Positions 21,131 to 34,875 of a stretch of 64,000 nucleotides of DNA are shown piece by piece; within the stretch, counting starts at the first letter, position 1; the number at the start of each line of letters is the position of its first letter. The notes beneath the pieces are model-generated. The model did not search any database. It was given only the letters and a program-made list of their open reading frames with translations, and was not told the DNA's origin. Made by a program: the position numbers and the translations under genes. The stretch is from Hydrolagus affinis. Taxonomy: Eukaryota. The stretch lies in NCBI GenBank assembly GCA_012026655.1, contig JAAILG010001285.1, positions 1-64,000 of the forward strand, given 5' to 3'.

Positions 21131-22796
21131 CGCACATACAACAACAACAACAACATTACACTTGTATAGTGCCTTTCACGTCAGGAGGGCATCCCAAGGT
21201 GCTGGAGAACGTCCCAAGGCACTAGGACGTTCCATACAGAAGTGGGACTAAAGATTACATATGAACATGATTGTGTCTACTTCAGGGGCACTCATCCGTT
21301 GTCCATCTTTTCCCACCATTTATTGACTACCTTCAGAAGATAAAGGTGAGCTTTTACATTTGTGCTGGATGACGCATGCAGATACTGTAACAATTCAAAT
21401 GTTGTCTGTCATGCTGGTGTTAAGTTGCCAGGAACCCTTTTATTAATCAAGGTTATATCAAACCAGAACTGTGTCAGTACTGTGTCAGCAGAGGGTCATG
21501 GTATAAAGAAACAGGAAAAATCAGCTGATGAAACATCTTAACAAACCCCTCCCTGCTTTATTCAGGAAACTAATCCTGTTTGTGACAAAAGGTGAGACTG
21601 TCTCCAAAAAATTCTGTAAATTAGCTTTCCCAGGAATTAACCCACTCATAAATATGTTAAGGGCATGACTTGAAATGCTGATTCGTGGCCACGTGAGACC
21701 CGTTCCTTTCCTGATGACCCTGCTGCGTTTGACAGCAGTTGAACATGGTAAACGTCTGTCTACCCTGTACCTGCTGCAGGTAGTATCATCAATGAGGGTG
21801 GCAAACTGGACAGATACTATCTGCCCTCCCACCTGTGATCTGGACCACTCTTGCCAGTGTCAAGATAAATGGTTGAGAACTTGGTGCAAGGGGCCAGCAC
21901 ACAGCACATAAGCCCAGGAGAAAACGTCTGGACTTTTGATAGTGTGGAATACAATTATTAGTGATGCTCCCATTATTGCTGAACCAAATCCACCTCCACA
22001 TGGACAAAGCTCTGCCTCTTCCCTGGATCCTCAACTGATTGAAATGAAAACTCATCCCACTCTTCTCACTTATTCTTTAAGGATCTAAAGACTGTAGAAC
22101 TCCTTCCCTTGCTCAATCATGACCTGCGATCGGCAGCCTCTGATATCTAAATTTGGCACCATCTAACCACGACTTTCTGACTTATCTTATCTTTTCTCTG
22201 CTGCTCCTTTCAACCTTGGCGGCTTCCTCCACAACAGACCTTGGCTTTTCACCTTGGCTTCTCAGAAAAACGATTGTCAGAATTATCAGTGATAGAAAAT
22301 GCTGCAATATGCAATAAAATCTGATTAGCAGGTTAATTCCTCGTTTAATGCATGAGCTTTTTAGACGCTGAGCTGAGCAAATGTTAAAGTTTGCAATGAT
22401 GCCAGTAAGAACAATTTAATCGTGATCTACTGAAAGGTGTTGTCATAACAGTAATTAATAGAAATCAAAGCACAGGAGGCCAGTTGACACTTCAAAACAG
22501 TATGAGTTCCTCCACGAGAGCTGTCTCTGAACCCCAATTGCCTTGTTCTTTCTCAGTTTCCTTTCATATTGTTTATTTTGAAATATTTATCTGATTCTCT
22601 ATGAAACATTATCATCTTACTCATTGTAGCTCACTTCTTAATGAAATAATAAAGGCGACCTTGGAATGATACACTTCACCACAAGGCACCTTTGGCAATG
22701 CAGTGCTCCCCTCTGCACTATATTGTGAGCTCAAAGCACCTACACAGGTCTTGAACCCACAACCTTCTGATTTGGAGATGTGAGTTCTGCTAACTT

Positions 22797-23201
22797 GGAG
22801 CAGAGAAGGTTATGAGGAGACCTAATCGAGGTTTTCAAGATCATGAGGGGATTCGATAGGGTAAACAGGGAATAACTGTTTCTACTGGTGAAAACAGTGA
22901 CTCGTGGTATCAGTGACTTGTGGTCACAGATTTAAAATAGTTTCAAAAAGAAGCAGAGGGGAGGTGAGGAGAAATGTTTTCACTCAGTGAGTTGTTTGAA
23001 TCTGGAATGCATTGCCTGAAAAGGTGGTGGAGGTTGATTCGATAAGAACTTTTAAAAGAGAGGTAGACGTTTATTTGGAGAGGACGGGTTTGCGAGGAGA
23101 GAGCTGGGGAGTGGGATTGAATTGCTCTTTTCAAAGAGCCGGCATAGACTCGATGGGTCAAATGGCCTCCTTTTGTGCCGTAAGATTCTATGATTCTATG
23201 A
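22797..23201 (+). mobile_element. CR1 LINE 3' end
   Basis: LEQRRL*GDLIEVFKIMRGFD...WNALPEKVVEVDSIRTFKREVDVYL, ending in (ATTCTATG)2. Confidence 0.93.
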
Positions 23202-23209
23202 ACTGAGTC

Positions 23210-23540
23210 AAACTTGAAGAGAAAACTTGACGAGGGCAACATTGCAATGATATGGGGAAAGAGCGGGGGAATGTGATTGATTGAGTAGCAATCAATTGCA
23301 CCTAAACACTATTGGTGCTTAAAGAATAATAAATTGGTTTGTGGGACACTGCTGTGCACAATTGGCTGCCACGTTTCACCCACAAATATACAGTCAATTC
23401 ACTTTACAGTATAAACTGTGAAGCGCTTTGAGACATCTAGAAGACAGGAAAAGCGCTATATCAAGGATTATTATTATTATTACAGGCACAATGGGTCGAA
23501 TGGCCTGCTTCTGTGCTGTAATATTCTATGACTTTATGTA
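23210..23540 (+). mobile_element. Second CR1 3' UTR, interrupted by a SINE
   Basis: GATATGGGGAAAGAGCGGGG...GAATGGCCTGCTTCTGTGCTGTAA.ATTCTATG. Confidence 0.75.
23325..23481 (+). mobile_element. 5'-truncated SINE inserted into a CR1 3' UTR
   Basis: The CR1 tail resumes at 23482 (ACAGGCACAATGGGTCGAATGGCC...ATTCTATG). Confidence 0.85.
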
Positions 23541-26229
23541 TCCAAACGAATCCACCCAGCAATGACTCCATGACTCTGACGTCCTGTCTGTAACACAGTG
23601 CTCAGTAACTACATTCTACTCTCTCCATCTCTAGCCTAACAAATATTTTACATAAATTTAACATGACTTTTTCGCTTTTGTATTCAATACCCATATATTG
23701 TGTAGTCTATGCTAATAGTTCATTTCAATAAGTAAGTATTGCCTTGACATTTGTAGGAATGCCAAATAGACAGGTTCTTACACAGTCACAACAACATTCC
23801 TCAATGGTCACCAGGACTGTATACCCAAACAGCAGAGTAGCTCCTCTCTCAATACAGAGTCTGAGGCCAATCAGAGGTCAAAATACTTTGGGAAACCTGC
23901 TCGCCACTGTGCGTTGGGCCAGGAACACTTGTGGATCCACACAACCCGAATGAGAAGGTGTATGTGCTTTCCATGGTGGGATTAGAACCCAGGTGGATAA
24001 TGGCATTGTGGCCACTAGTTACAGAACTACAACCCAGTCAGTCACTATAGTCACCATTTGGCACAGGCAAGAAACTTCTGGAGAATACAAATCTCCTTCT
24101 CTGTAACCTAGTTTACATCAAAACATTTCTTAAAATAGGCGTCACGTAGCAGCAATCACATAACACTAATTGGTTTAGACGGAAGTAAAGGGAATAAGTT
24201 TCAAACTATGTCTTCGTGTCGCTAAATAAGACATGTACATTATATGATATTGATGTGTGCTACAAGTACGAGCATATAAAGGAAAAAGAAGGAAGTTTGC
24301 TGCCTTGACTCAGTTTGTTTTTCTCCAATTCAAATGCAATACATAAATTGTTACACAGATTCTTTTTAACAGAGTTTGCAGTGAGACAAAAGTGGGAATG
24401 CTTAAACTGCTCTGAAGTCTATGTTTGACTGGGTATTATAGGCATTAGTCATAAAAAGAAAAATACAAAACAACACCAACTCGCAATTATATAGCAACCT
24501 TCACACGGATAGGGTCTCGGAAAACTCTTTAGAACATGCCACAAACCAACTCTTAAAAAGCTGCAAGCAGAACAACAAAATATGACCATCTGTAAACTCT
24601 TTTTGAAAAATCCTTGGCTACTTAAAATAAACTGGAATAAATCAAATATACTTGAGTCAACAGTCAAACCTGAAGCCACAACTATGTAAAAACTGGTTAA
24701 TCATTGCTTTAGACCCCCTACAGAACTCAGAACAGGAAGGCAAATCTGTATTTACTTTCTATATATTATACATATCACTGTGTACTGTACTTACAGCTGC
24801 TGCACATTCAAAAAGATGTTGATCAGTTCAGCTTTTGGTAGAATGTCCAGTCAATCACCAGTGGAAAGGAGACAAGACAGGCGGACTGTAAAGACTGTCT
24901 TTTCCAGTCCTACACATTCCTATGTTCTTAACAAGATAAGTTCCAAGTACGAAAAAGAAACTCAGTGCTAGAAGCAGGCATTACAGAAAGGCTTGCTATT
25001 CAAAGGGGAGGCAGGCGAGTACTGGCTGAAGTCTATGCATGACATTCGTCAAAGAAACAAAGACAGCAGCACGCACTAAGGTGACCACCCATTCCCAAAG
25101 GATAGCTAATAAATAAAGTTTGTGCCATTGCCTGCCACGCAATAGCCTCAGGGTTCAACATGTCACAGCGAATGATGACCTGTCTGGGGACCAGAGCCTG
25201 GAAAGGATCACACAGTAGATTTGCTCTTTCAGACACTGAGCTTATTCTGTTACAAACGAAACGAGACAAAGGAAAGACTGAACATGGATTACAAGAAAGA
25301 AAAAGAACAAAGCAAAGGGTATTAAAAAAAAGATGCAAAGAAAGGGTGAATTAGGAACTGTAAATTACAGCAAATAATGTTACCTCTGCAACTATCTGGC
25401 TTTGGATATCAAAATGACAAAATTGGTATATACATATTCTATATTTCAGTGTATTTCAAATTTTCTTAACTTTTATAACCATTTACACAACAAACTGTGA
25501 AGCAGAGATGTGCACGATATTTACCTGTTAAAACTGACTGCATACTTGACACAGTTATCACTAGAATGAAAGCTGCAGGAAAATTATATCTTCCAAAGGC
25601 ACCAAAAACAGAATTATGAAGTAATCAAATTGCTCAGTATCAGTTTGTTCTGCACAAATAGCTACTGCACATACAAGATTGATTTGTTCCTGTAGACTAG
25701 GACACTGGCAAGTTACTCAATGACAAAATGAAACTGGACCATTGTTTAGACTGTGTGCATGTTAACATCCTTTCATAGTGAGAGTTAGAGGGATTGACTG
25801 ACTATATTCGCATTATCAAGATTCCTCTTTACCAAAAATTAGCTGATGCAAATTCAACAACAACAACTTGAATTTATTTAGTGCCTTTCATGCAGGATAG
25901 CGTCTCGGAGATCTGAGAATAGTCTGTAACCTGAGCCGTGAGTCTGCAGTGAAATATAGTGTGTGGCATTTATAAAAACCTATCAAAAATGTTGAACGCT
26001 CTGATCCCTGAATGTGTTTCCCACTGATCTGGATTTTTTTTCTCAGATACCAATGTCATTTCTGACATCCGATCACAACTAAAGGAGGTTCCAGGCGCTC
26101 ATTGACATTTGCTTTGCAAAGTACATGATACATAGAGATCACTAATGGGCTGGGTGTGATTAGTCAGTCACTCACTTAGTCAACCAGTCAGCCAGACACT
26201 TCACATGGTTTTCCCAACCCATTGTTCTC

Positions 26230-26510
26230 AGGTTGGCTCAGCTGGTAGCATTCTCACCTCGGGGTCAGAAGGTTGTGAGTTCAAGTTCCAGCTGAGACTT
26301 GAGCCTCACACTCTAAGCTGACTCTATTGTGCTGGAGGTGTGCTACATTGTGATAGGTGCTGTGCTTCGATGAAATGCTAAACGTAAGGTCCCATCTGCC
26401 TATTCACGCAAACTTTAAGGATCCCATGACACTATTCAAAAAGAGAATGGCTGTCTCTCCCAGTCCCCTGGTCAACAATGTTCCAGGTAAATTGGTCATT
26501 CACCACATGG
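26230..26510 (+). mobile_element. Older DeuSINE (SacSINE1-like) head and Deu domain
   Basis: TGGCTCAGCTGGTAGCATTCTCACCTCGGGGTCAGAAGGTTGTGAGTTCAAG...GGATCCCATGACACTATTC. Confidence 0.8.
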
Positions 26511-26588
26511 ATGTTTTGGACCTATCTGGGGACCATGGGGTGGAAATTATTAAATGGGAAATGTTAGTCATCACTGACATGTCCTTCA

Positions 26589-26870
26589 CTAACAACAAAA
26601 TTATATTTGTAGAGCGCCTTTCACATCGGGAGGATGTCCCAAGTCGCTGAACATCCAAGACACCAATGCCCCGGGTGATCACCAGGTCGAATGGGTGACC
26701 ATGAATGTGGGTGGCAGAGTGGATGTGGAGGGAGACGTTGAGAGAGGAGGAGTCCGAGGAGATGGAGCAGGAGGGGGTGAAGTGAAGGTTGAAGTCGCTG
26801 AGGATGAAGAGGTGATTGGAACAGAAGCAGAGTGAAACTAGGAGTGTGGAGGTGTCAACATTATTCTGAG
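26589..26870 (-). mobile_element. L2 endonuclease-region fragment fused to an L2 3' tail
   Basis: ILSDFNLH...ATHIHGHPFDLVITRG (APE motifs) immediately followed by the 3' tail. Confidence 0.8.
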
Positions 26871-27744
26871 GAAGCAACACATAAATGAGTTAAGAACAAC
26901 TGTCTCCCCTGTAACCAGTTGGGGTTCCCCTTTCCTGTCTATGGGACATCCTTCTGACATGGAAAGTGCTATACAAATGTAATTTGTTGTTGTCTAGCGC
27001 AGCGAGAGATGTCGTGGAACCTGGCTGTCACCGCCGCCACTGACATTCCTAACCATTGGTGGTCGTCCTCTCTGAGTATCGCAATCCCTTCACATCAAAT
27101 TGAGGGTGATAATGTGACTTTTTTTTATTGGACAGATGTTAGTGCCAGAGTTGCTGTGGCAAAGGAGCTGAAGAGGAAACAAATCTACAGCTGAGTCCCT
27201 AGTGACAGCATAGAAGACAAATCTGGACATTTAAGATGATTTTGGCTGATTTATAATCCACACTGCAGTCCACATGTTGGCTTTTCAATGCATTTCATAG
27301 CTTTGACCTTTAAATATCTCTAGGCTAGTTTCCTTTTTAAAAAAAATCTTGCCTTTCATGACAGATAGCACCAGTTAAGGAGCACGCTTTTGCAGCACAC
27401 ACTGTAAACTGGGGCTTTATCAAAAGCTTTGATTTATTCCTTGTTTATATTGCAAAACAGCTACAACGTGTATGGTCCTGGCTGCCACTGCTCTCTGGAA
27501 TCCTCCCTGTTGACACTGCGATCTCCACAGCACTAGTGACCACACACATAAAACCAATGAGCACACACACACACAGCAGCAGAAGTATTGTACAAAAACA
27601 CAAGCACGTGGACAGGCAAGTCTACACCAGCACAAATGTGTGCAAACCCAGGTCCTGTTAAAACCACAAATTGTATCACAATCTCCACCTCATCTGAAAG
27701 CCAGCAACCTTTACAGCAACTATTGCGGGAGACGAGTAATGCTT

Positions 27745-27875
27745 CCAGAAGATGGTTAGGTCAAGGGTATCAACGGATATGGAGCAAAAGTGGGGAAACA
27801 GAGTTTCTAATAATCTAATAGAATGGCAGAACAGCCTTGAGAGGCTTAATTATCTTACTCCTGTTCCTATGTTCC
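27745..27875 (+). mobile_element. CR1 3' UTR fragment
   Basis: GAATGGCAGAACAGCCTTGAGAGGCT...TACTCCTGTTCCTATGTTCCT. Confidence 0.7.
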
Positions 27876-28182
27876 TCTCGCGTACCTTATAGTACTGCTC
27901 CCCATGTCAGGGTTGTGCGTAGGGACAGGCAATCAGGTAAGCACAACATGGGCCTGTTAGACTGAACCCATACATTGTATGTGGTACTTCTATTCGAAAC
28001 CTGCTGATGTTCAAAAACAGTTACCCGAATACTTGGGGGCAAACCATTGGGAGCTGATAGGTGCCGGCCTCTGTTATATCAATCTGTCAGCAGATTGCCA
28101 TGAGCTGCTCTCTCTCTCTCGCCATCCAGTGGCGAAGTTATTCAACTGCACGTGGCAATTAGCAAACAAAAAAAATGCATAA

Positions 28183-28425
28183 GCCAACTTGATATTAACA
28201 CTCGTATAGCACCTTTCACATCATGAGGACGTCCCAAGGCAATGGACAGTCACTGCTTCAGACCCAAGCTGAGGACAGCGGGGGGAAGGAAGTGGGGGAT
28301 TAGGAGTTGCCGATGGGTCCATCGAAGAGGAGAGTCTTGAGGTGAGATTTGAAGGAGGACAGGGAGGGGGCAAGGTGGAGGGACTGCAGGATGGAGTTCC
28401 AGGGGTTGGGGGCAGAGTGGCTGAA
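28183..28425 (-). mobile_element. L2-clade LINE 3' fragment
   Basis: Tail plus the reverse complement of the WNS...SFKSHLKTL region. Confidence 0.85.
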
Positions 28426-29309
28426 TTTCAGAAGTTCACTGACCTGCTTTATCTGTACTATGATGCAGGCTGCATTCATCGAAGCATCTGTTTGTGAGGC
28501 AGGCTACAGGACTGCTGTATGTTTGTAGGACTGAAGGCAAAACAAAATGCCAGAGCAAGGAAGTGGCCTTCAGAATTCTCAATTTCTCTGAACTATTAGA
28601 CCCATTTATCAGGCAGTGCGGATTGATGGTGGGATAATGGATAGCTGGAGTCAGACAGGACTGGTGCATAACTCTCATAGTTCACATGCCAAGGGTTCAT
28701 CCACTGCTAATAAAACATTCCCCCAAATCTTGGCTTAAGGGGTTGTTTGACAAAAAGTAGGAGAGATCGATGAGCCTGAAATCCAAATTGAAAGCTAGAG
28801 CTAGAAGACTTATGTTTGTAACACTAAAACGAATAGTCCCATTGTATCTATATGAATAAGCTTCCCTTTCCGGCACTGAAGCCTCGGCAAGGTTCTTTCT
28901 TCAAGTTTACTTTAATTTATTACAGTATTTAAATCTTTTTAGTGGCATTAAAAAAATTGTATTAGTGATGAACTGTCTCTGTGCAGGGTCCAGCTAGCAG
29001 ATCACTCCCAGAAATGGGAATCAACCACGAGAGAGAGAGAGAGCACAGCAGTGCCAGCACAACTGGGGCTCTCCGTTGTCCTGGAAACACTTTGCTCAAG
29101 CTAACCCAGGATTCTATAAATAGAAGCCACTTCTGCCGAAGAAAACAGAACTAGAAGGTAAGGAATGCATGACCTGTCGAAAAAAAATGCATTGAAAGAT
29201 GACGCAGTCTTTGAGGAGCTAACTTGCAGTGCTTAAACAAAAAACTCTTCTTTCCACAAAGTGGGGGTGACTAGTGCTGTCAATGCAGAACGCAGATGTT
29301 TAAAATGAT

Positions 29310-29465
29310 AATAAAAATAATAATATCCCTAGCATTTGATTTGGTGCTTTATCATAACTTAGAGACGTCTCAAAGCACTTCAAAGGATATACCGTAAAGT
29401 GGATTGACTGAATTTTGTGATTGAAATGCGGCAGCCAGTTTCACATAGCAATATCCCACAAATAG
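29310..29465 (-). mobile_element. 5'-truncated SINE copy
   Basis: Family tail motifs. Confidence 0.8.
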
Positions 29466-29482
29466 ACCAGGATGGCAGCAGC

Positions 29483-29822
29483 AACAACAACATCAACAAA
29501 ATTACATTCATAGAGCGTCTTTCTCGTCGGGAGGACATCCCAAGTCGCTGAACAGTCAGGTTGGGACCCAAGCAAGGGAGAGGGGCAGGGTACAAGGGAG
29601 GGGAGGGAGAGAGTTAGGAGGGGAGGGAGAGAGTTGGGATGGCAGAAGAAGGCACAGTTGAAGAGGAGGGTCTTGAGACAGGCCTTGAAGGAGGTGAGGG
29701 AGGGAGCGAAGCGAAGGCACTGTGGGATGGAGTTCCAGAGTGTGGGGGCAGAGATGCTGAAAGCCCGCTTGCTGATGGTAGGGCGGGTCGGGCGGGGGAC
29801 ATGGAGCAGGCCAGAGCAGCAG
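29483..29822 (-). mobile_element. L2-clade LINE 3' fragment, relatively young
   Basis: SGLLHVPRPTRPTISKRAFSISAPTLWNSIPQCLRFAPSLTSFKACLKTLLF plus (TTG)n tail. Confidence 0.92.
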
Positions 29823-29834
29823 CAGTGATACAGT

Positions 29835-29978
29835 ACAGCAATAACTTGCATTTATGTAGCGCCCTTCACGCAGGGTAGTGTCCCAGAGTGCTTGACAGTG
29901 GTGCAAGGTGACCCCATATCTGTGGATGACATCATCGAGAGGGAGGATGTAGATAAGGAAAAGAAGGAGCGAAGGATG
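29835..29978 (-). mobile_element. L2 RT-core fragment fused to a variant L2 tail
   Basis: FLIYILPLDDVIHRYGVTLH (region before YADD) followed by the tail AAGCACTCTGGGACAC...ATAAATGCAAGTT. Confidence 0.72.
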
Positions 29979-30071
29979 TGCAGTGCGAGTCTACATTTAC
30001 AAAGCAGCTTCTACCTTCCAAACCAGACAGCTAATCAACCAGGATAGAGGGACACATCTTAATAAATAATT

Positions 30072-30348
30072 CCTTGCAAGTGAGAGACATGGTTTCGATT
30101 CCAGGCAGGGCAAAATCTTGGACAAGTTTCCTTACTCCACAAACTTAATAATAATAATCCCTTAAAAAAACAATCAATTGGTCATTTTCAATCCATGACT
30201 GTTTGTGGGACACTGCTGTGCGCAATTGGCTGTCGTGTTTTCGACCACAAATATAAAGTCAATTCTGTGTATTCCGTGAAGCACTTTGAGAAGTCTAGAA
30301 GACATGAAAAGTACTATATCAAATGCAAGGATTATTATTATTATTATA
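30072..30348 (+). mobile_element. tRNA-derived SINE, short form, slightly 5'-truncated
   Basis: B box GGTTTCGATTCC, family body and tail. Confidence 0.9.
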
Positions 30349-31036
30349 ATCTGTTCTCTAACACATTGCAACACCATACTGCCAAACTTGTAGATTTAAA
30401 ATTTTACTTGTAAAAATATGTAAACAGTAAATCTTTTTTTTAATTATGTAAGGTGCACCACAAGATGAAACCTTGAAAAGCTACCAAAGTGCAATGAAGA
30501 ATTCATCAGATCTGGACAGAGGGGTGGGGCTTGTATGTATTGTCTGAAACACACCAAACTGCCAAAAGATAAACCTAGAAATATTTCTTGTGATTTACTT
30601 TCAAATTTCAGCTAAATGCCACCCAGTTGCAGCAGGAACTTTACCGAGAGTATCAACGAAGATCATTTCATTCCCTGATGTTATTGACACACCTGTGAAC
30701 ACTGGGACACGTTCAAAGAATTGCACATTCCCATTGTATATTAGTTAGTGTTTTTTTAAGAAAAATATTCTTTGAAAGCTGAGAATACAAATATGACCTT
30801 GAGACTGGTATTATGTAATGGAATGTTGAACTTTCGATTCAGTGCTATGAGTTTGTTTGCCTGAATGTAACCTTTTGCTCTTGATGCATTACGCGATGCC
30901 TTCAAGAACAGTCTGCCTCAGAAAGAAACAGGAAGATCAGCCAAGCAAGGCACGCAATACCCTGCAGCTAATGAAAACAATAGCCTTGGACTTCCTTCAG
31001 TTAAAGCCTTTTGTTTCCCTTCATGCCACCTTTTAC

Positions 31037-31156
31037 CCGTTTCTCTGTCGCAGTTTGACTGCTCCTTGCCAAACTGCTCTACTCTGAGGAGGGTCAGAGG
31101 CACTAAACGTCGGGCTAGGAAAGGGTGAAGCTCGTTCCTGGTCTGGGCATGGGTCC
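31037..31156 (-). CDS. shroom3: Shroom3 coding exon (equivalent of mammalian exon 3)
   Basis: Acceptor ctgtttcttttgacAG, donor GG|GTAAAA, 120 bp, phase 2 to 2. Translates (R)DPCPDQERASPFPSPTFSASDPPQSRAVWQGAVKLRQRN(G), matching recalled human RDVCTDP...AAWSGGVKLRLKHR. Confidence 0.88.
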
Positions 31157-31532
31157 CTGTCAAAAGAAACAGGCTGCAAAGGTTTGCAGAGAAACTGTAG
31201 TGGTTGATAAGTTTGTATATTAGACTGAGAAGGCCTGCACAATCAAGTTGAAAGGTTAGACCCAGAGAGCACATCAGTGCACAGCCTTTGTAATTAAGTG
31301 CAGTGAGTGGGCATTCAGCGAGGGAGAAAATTAAGCAGAATGATTGAAACACACAAGATTCTTCAGTCTCAGAAAGCAGAGGCAGGGAAGTGAGAGTTTG
31401 CAGCATGGAAGCAGAAGACGTTGGAAGAGAACAGACTGTCGGGAGTGTGGTGATTCCACACTTTAACTGGGAACAAGGGATGCAGGTCTAACTTCCTCCT
31501 CCTCCCCCATCCCAACTCCTAAACCACAGAGA

Positions 31533-31757
31533 GTAATAATAATAATCTTTGCATTTGATATAGCGCTTTTCATGTGTTCTAGACATCTCAAAGCACTTCA
31601 CAAAATATACTGTAAAGTGAATTGACTGAATATACATGGGTGAAATGTGGTGGCCAACAGCAGTGTCCCACAAACAGTGGTGGATTGAAATGACCAATTT
31701 ATTATTGGGGTTTTTTGATGACTGAGCTACAGGACTCCACGAGCTACAGGACTCCAC
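31533..31757 (-). mobile_element. SINE with internal deletion and a duplicated 5' 17-mer
   Basis: Tail and body followed by GAGCTACAGGACTCCAC twice. Confidence 0.85.
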
Positions 31758-32084
31758 AGTACCTCTTTTCAGACAAGTCACTGAAGTGAGGTATTTGGCT
31801 TTTCTAGATTAGTTCCAGTAGGAAGGAGAATAAACAGCTATTGTACAGTGGACTATACTTAGCACGTTTCATCAGCCAGCTAGAATGCTGGAGCTCATAT
31901 TTTCTGAAGACAAAGTATGTTCCCCCCCACACCCAATCGCAGAAGAAGCACAATTTAGTGAGTTTTCAATTGAGACAAAGAATGAGTTGGGTGGTGGGGG
32001 AAGGTGGGCGGGGGAAAGAGAAGATGAGAAAAATTGAGGGATTTCATACTTCAAAAGAGAATTGCAGTTATTGTGATATTTTAG

Positions 32085-32370
32085 TAACAATCCTTGCATT
32101 TGATACAACTCTGAACAAGTCAAAATGCCTCTGGGGGTTTGTTGGTCAGAAAAGCAGAGAAACCCTCTTATCTTTTGAAAAGTGCCACAGGATTGACATC
32201 CATCTGATCAGGGAGCCGAGACTCTGGTTTCATATCTCATCTAAGGGAACCTCAGTTCAGACAATGCAGTGCAACCCCAGCAGGCCTGGAGTGTTAAGAC
32301 TTGATGTGGGATTTGAACCCACAACCTGCTGACCCAGAGGCGAGAGCGCAAGCAACTGAGCCAAGCTGCC
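32085..32370 (-). mobile_element. Older DeuSINE remnant
   Basis: TTTGAACCCACAACCT...GAGGCGAGAGCG...CAACTGAGCCAAGCTG head. Confidence 0.75.
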
Positions 32371-32535
32371 AAATACAATCATGCATCATTCTAACCCTCC
32401 TGTCTTATCTGGTGATTTTACATGATGAGATGTGGCTTCAGCAGTCCTGTTAGCTGAGGTAAGAATGCTACCATCGGAGACAAGCCGATACCTCGATTAC
32501 TCTCAGAAGTTATCTAATACCTTTCACTTTATTTT

Positions 32536-32886
32536 GGAGCTCCTGTGGCTCAGCGGTTAGAGCACTTGTCTTGCAAGCTGGGGAAACCAAGCTGGGGAGA
32601 CCTGTGTTCGAATCCAGGCAGGTCAGGGCGAAACCTTGGGCAAGTTTCCTTACTCCACACGCCTAATAATAATCCCTCCAAAAAAAAACACAATAATAAA
32701 ATTGGTCATTTCAATCCACGACTATGTGTGGGACACTGCTGTGCGCAATTGGCTGCAGCGATTCGCCCACAAATATATACAGTCAATTCACTTTACAGTA
32801 TATTCTGTGAAGCGCTTTGGGACGTTGATAAGATGTGGAAAGCGCTATATCAAATGCAAGGATTATTATTTATTATTATTATTATT
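32536..32886 (+). mobile_element. tRNA-derived SINE, young subfamily with a 14-bp head duplication
   Basis: A box TGGCTCAGCGG, B box GTTCGAATCC, CAAGCTGGGGA(A/G)AC twice; nearly identical to 46833-47168. Confidence 0.93.
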
Positions 32887-33097
32887 TTGTTGGGCACAGG
32901 TTTCTTTGTTAAGTGTGAGATATGGGTGTTCCTGCTGAAATCAGAATTAAACATATCCTCCCTTAATTATAACATCTCAGGACCTCAGTCAGAAATGTTC
33001 TAAGGATTAACATGCACCTCGACTTCCAATTTACCAAATATTTGTTTCAGTGACAACACGTGTTAGTTACAAGATGAAATATTGTGTCTGGGTAGAA

Positions 33098-33302
33098 ATA
33101 ATAATACTAATACTTGCATTTTGATATAGCGCGTTTCACGTCTTCTAGAAGTCTCAAACCACTTCACAAAATATATTGTAAAGTGAATTGACTGTATATT
33201 TGAAGGCGAAATGTGGCAGCCAATTGCACACAACGGTGTCCCATAAACAGTCGTGGATTGAAATGACCAATTTATTATAAGTTTTTTTATGGACGGATTA
33301 TT
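33098..33302 (-). mobile_element. 5'-truncated SINE copy
   Basis: Family tail and body motifs. Confidence 0.87.
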
Positions 33303-33959
33303 AGAAAGCTGAATTTTCTCACGAGTATTTGCATAAGAGAATCTCAAGTAGGTGAACGCTGGTAAGTGTGTGACTGTACACTCAGTAAGTGTGCGACTTA
33401 GAGACTGCTGATTTAGCAAACTTCCACCATTTGCAGAGGATCTAGTTTTAACAAGAGCAGAGTTTCCGCCCCGTCCCTCTTTAAATCAATCGCATCAAGC
33501 CGAGATATTCAGAATACTTAAGATTCCATCAGTGCTGAAGAAGGTATGTGGAGGTCAATCTGTGTTCACACAAATCCTAGTCTGCGTTAAGGAGCAATTT
33601 TGTACTGGAACTTTATCTAAAGGCAATTCTGATGGGGACAATCAATCACATATCTCTTTTTGGGGGGGTAGAGGAGCTTATGCTTCAAGGTGTCAGTGGT
33701 GGATAACAGAATTTTTCTTGCTCTGACACAGTGCAGAGTATTCCTTTTCCATCCTTGTAGGTTTTCTGAGTGACCATATGACTACGAGAGTAGCTGTGTA
33801 CCAATGTCAATGAGCTTGTCACTATAAGAGTAACTGTTTGAGGTGAGTTTATAAGTACTCAACTACAGTACATTGCATTTATATGGCTCCCACCACGTCA
33901 GGCAGTGTCTCAGACTCTGCCTGGCAACGGGATTAACCAATTAGGATTAAATATTGCTT

Positions 33960-34027
33960 AAGCGGTTCTCGGATGTTTTTGAAATCCGGCATCAGGCCGT
34001 CAGCAGCCAAAAGGTTGGACCACCCTG
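33960..34027. mobile_element. hAT/Charlie-like MITE terminus
   Basis: Ends CCAAAAGGTTGGACCACCCTG. Confidence 0.45.
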
Positions 34028-34277
34028 TATTATGTATTATGTGAAAGGCAGTCTGTAAGATCACGTTGTTGTGATTAACTACATTTCACTCGCCTGAGGA
34101 GTACCTGTCATTAGAAATGGCTGCACTAAAATTGTGGCTTTAAATGAAGCATTTCCATTGAAACGCCTGACATCTTGGGAAACACCTCCGGTCTAACAGT
34201 TTGTCAGGCGCTTGCTTAGAACCAGTCCTCACAGGTTCCCACCCACACTGTGATCTTTGTAAAACTGTGGGTGTAAC

Positions 34278-34402
34278 CCACGTTTTGGTAACAAATATAC
34301 AGTCAATTCACTTTACAGTATATTCTGTGTATACAGTATATTCTTTGAGACGTCTAGAGGATAAGTGCTATATCAAATGCAAGGATTATTATTATTATTT
34401 AT
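34278..34402 (+). mobile_element. 5'-truncated SINE copy
   Basis: Family tail with a small internal duplication. Confidence 0.85.
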
Positions 34403-34699
34403 TACAACCATTTCATATTTTGTCACAATCAAGATCACAACACAGAGCCCAATGTCTTTATCAAACTTTATAACACGCTTCTGACCATAAACTCATTAAA
34501 CCATAAATTCACACAAAGAGCTGTAAGAGACCGAAGCAGCTATGTCAACTAAAATACATCACTAGATTGCGGAAACATGAGGGTTTCTCTGTAATTGTCA
34601 ACAAATGAACAAAGCTTATGGGAACATAAGAAACTAGGAACAAGAGAAGGTCAATCCTGCTCTTCCATCAGTTTCACACATTGAATCACTCTTGAATCC

Positions 34700-34875
34700 A
34701 CACCCTCAAGAGTGAGGTTGGTAAGCTTTTGGTAGGTCAGGGCATTAAGGGATATGGGGAGAAAGCAGGAAATTAGAATTGAAAGGATTTGTAGAGGTAC
34801 AGATCAGCCATGATCTAATTAAATGGCGGAACAGGCTTGAAGGGCTGAACGGCCTATTCCTGCTCCTATGTTTCT
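34700..34875 (+). mobile_element. CR1 3' UTR fragment
   Basis: CAGATCAGCCATGATCT...AATGGCGGAACAGGCTTGAAGGGCTGAACGGCCTATTCCTGCTCCTATG. Confidence 0.8.

Noticed and set aside
21711-21750. CTGATGA followed by a CTGCTG/CAGCAG stem (hammerhead-like)
   Set aside because: The required GAAA is absent (TTGAAC) and no stems I/III are evident.
27350-27640. Promoter-like unique block with a CACGTG E-box
   Set aside because: Short motifs expected by chance and no good GT donor found.
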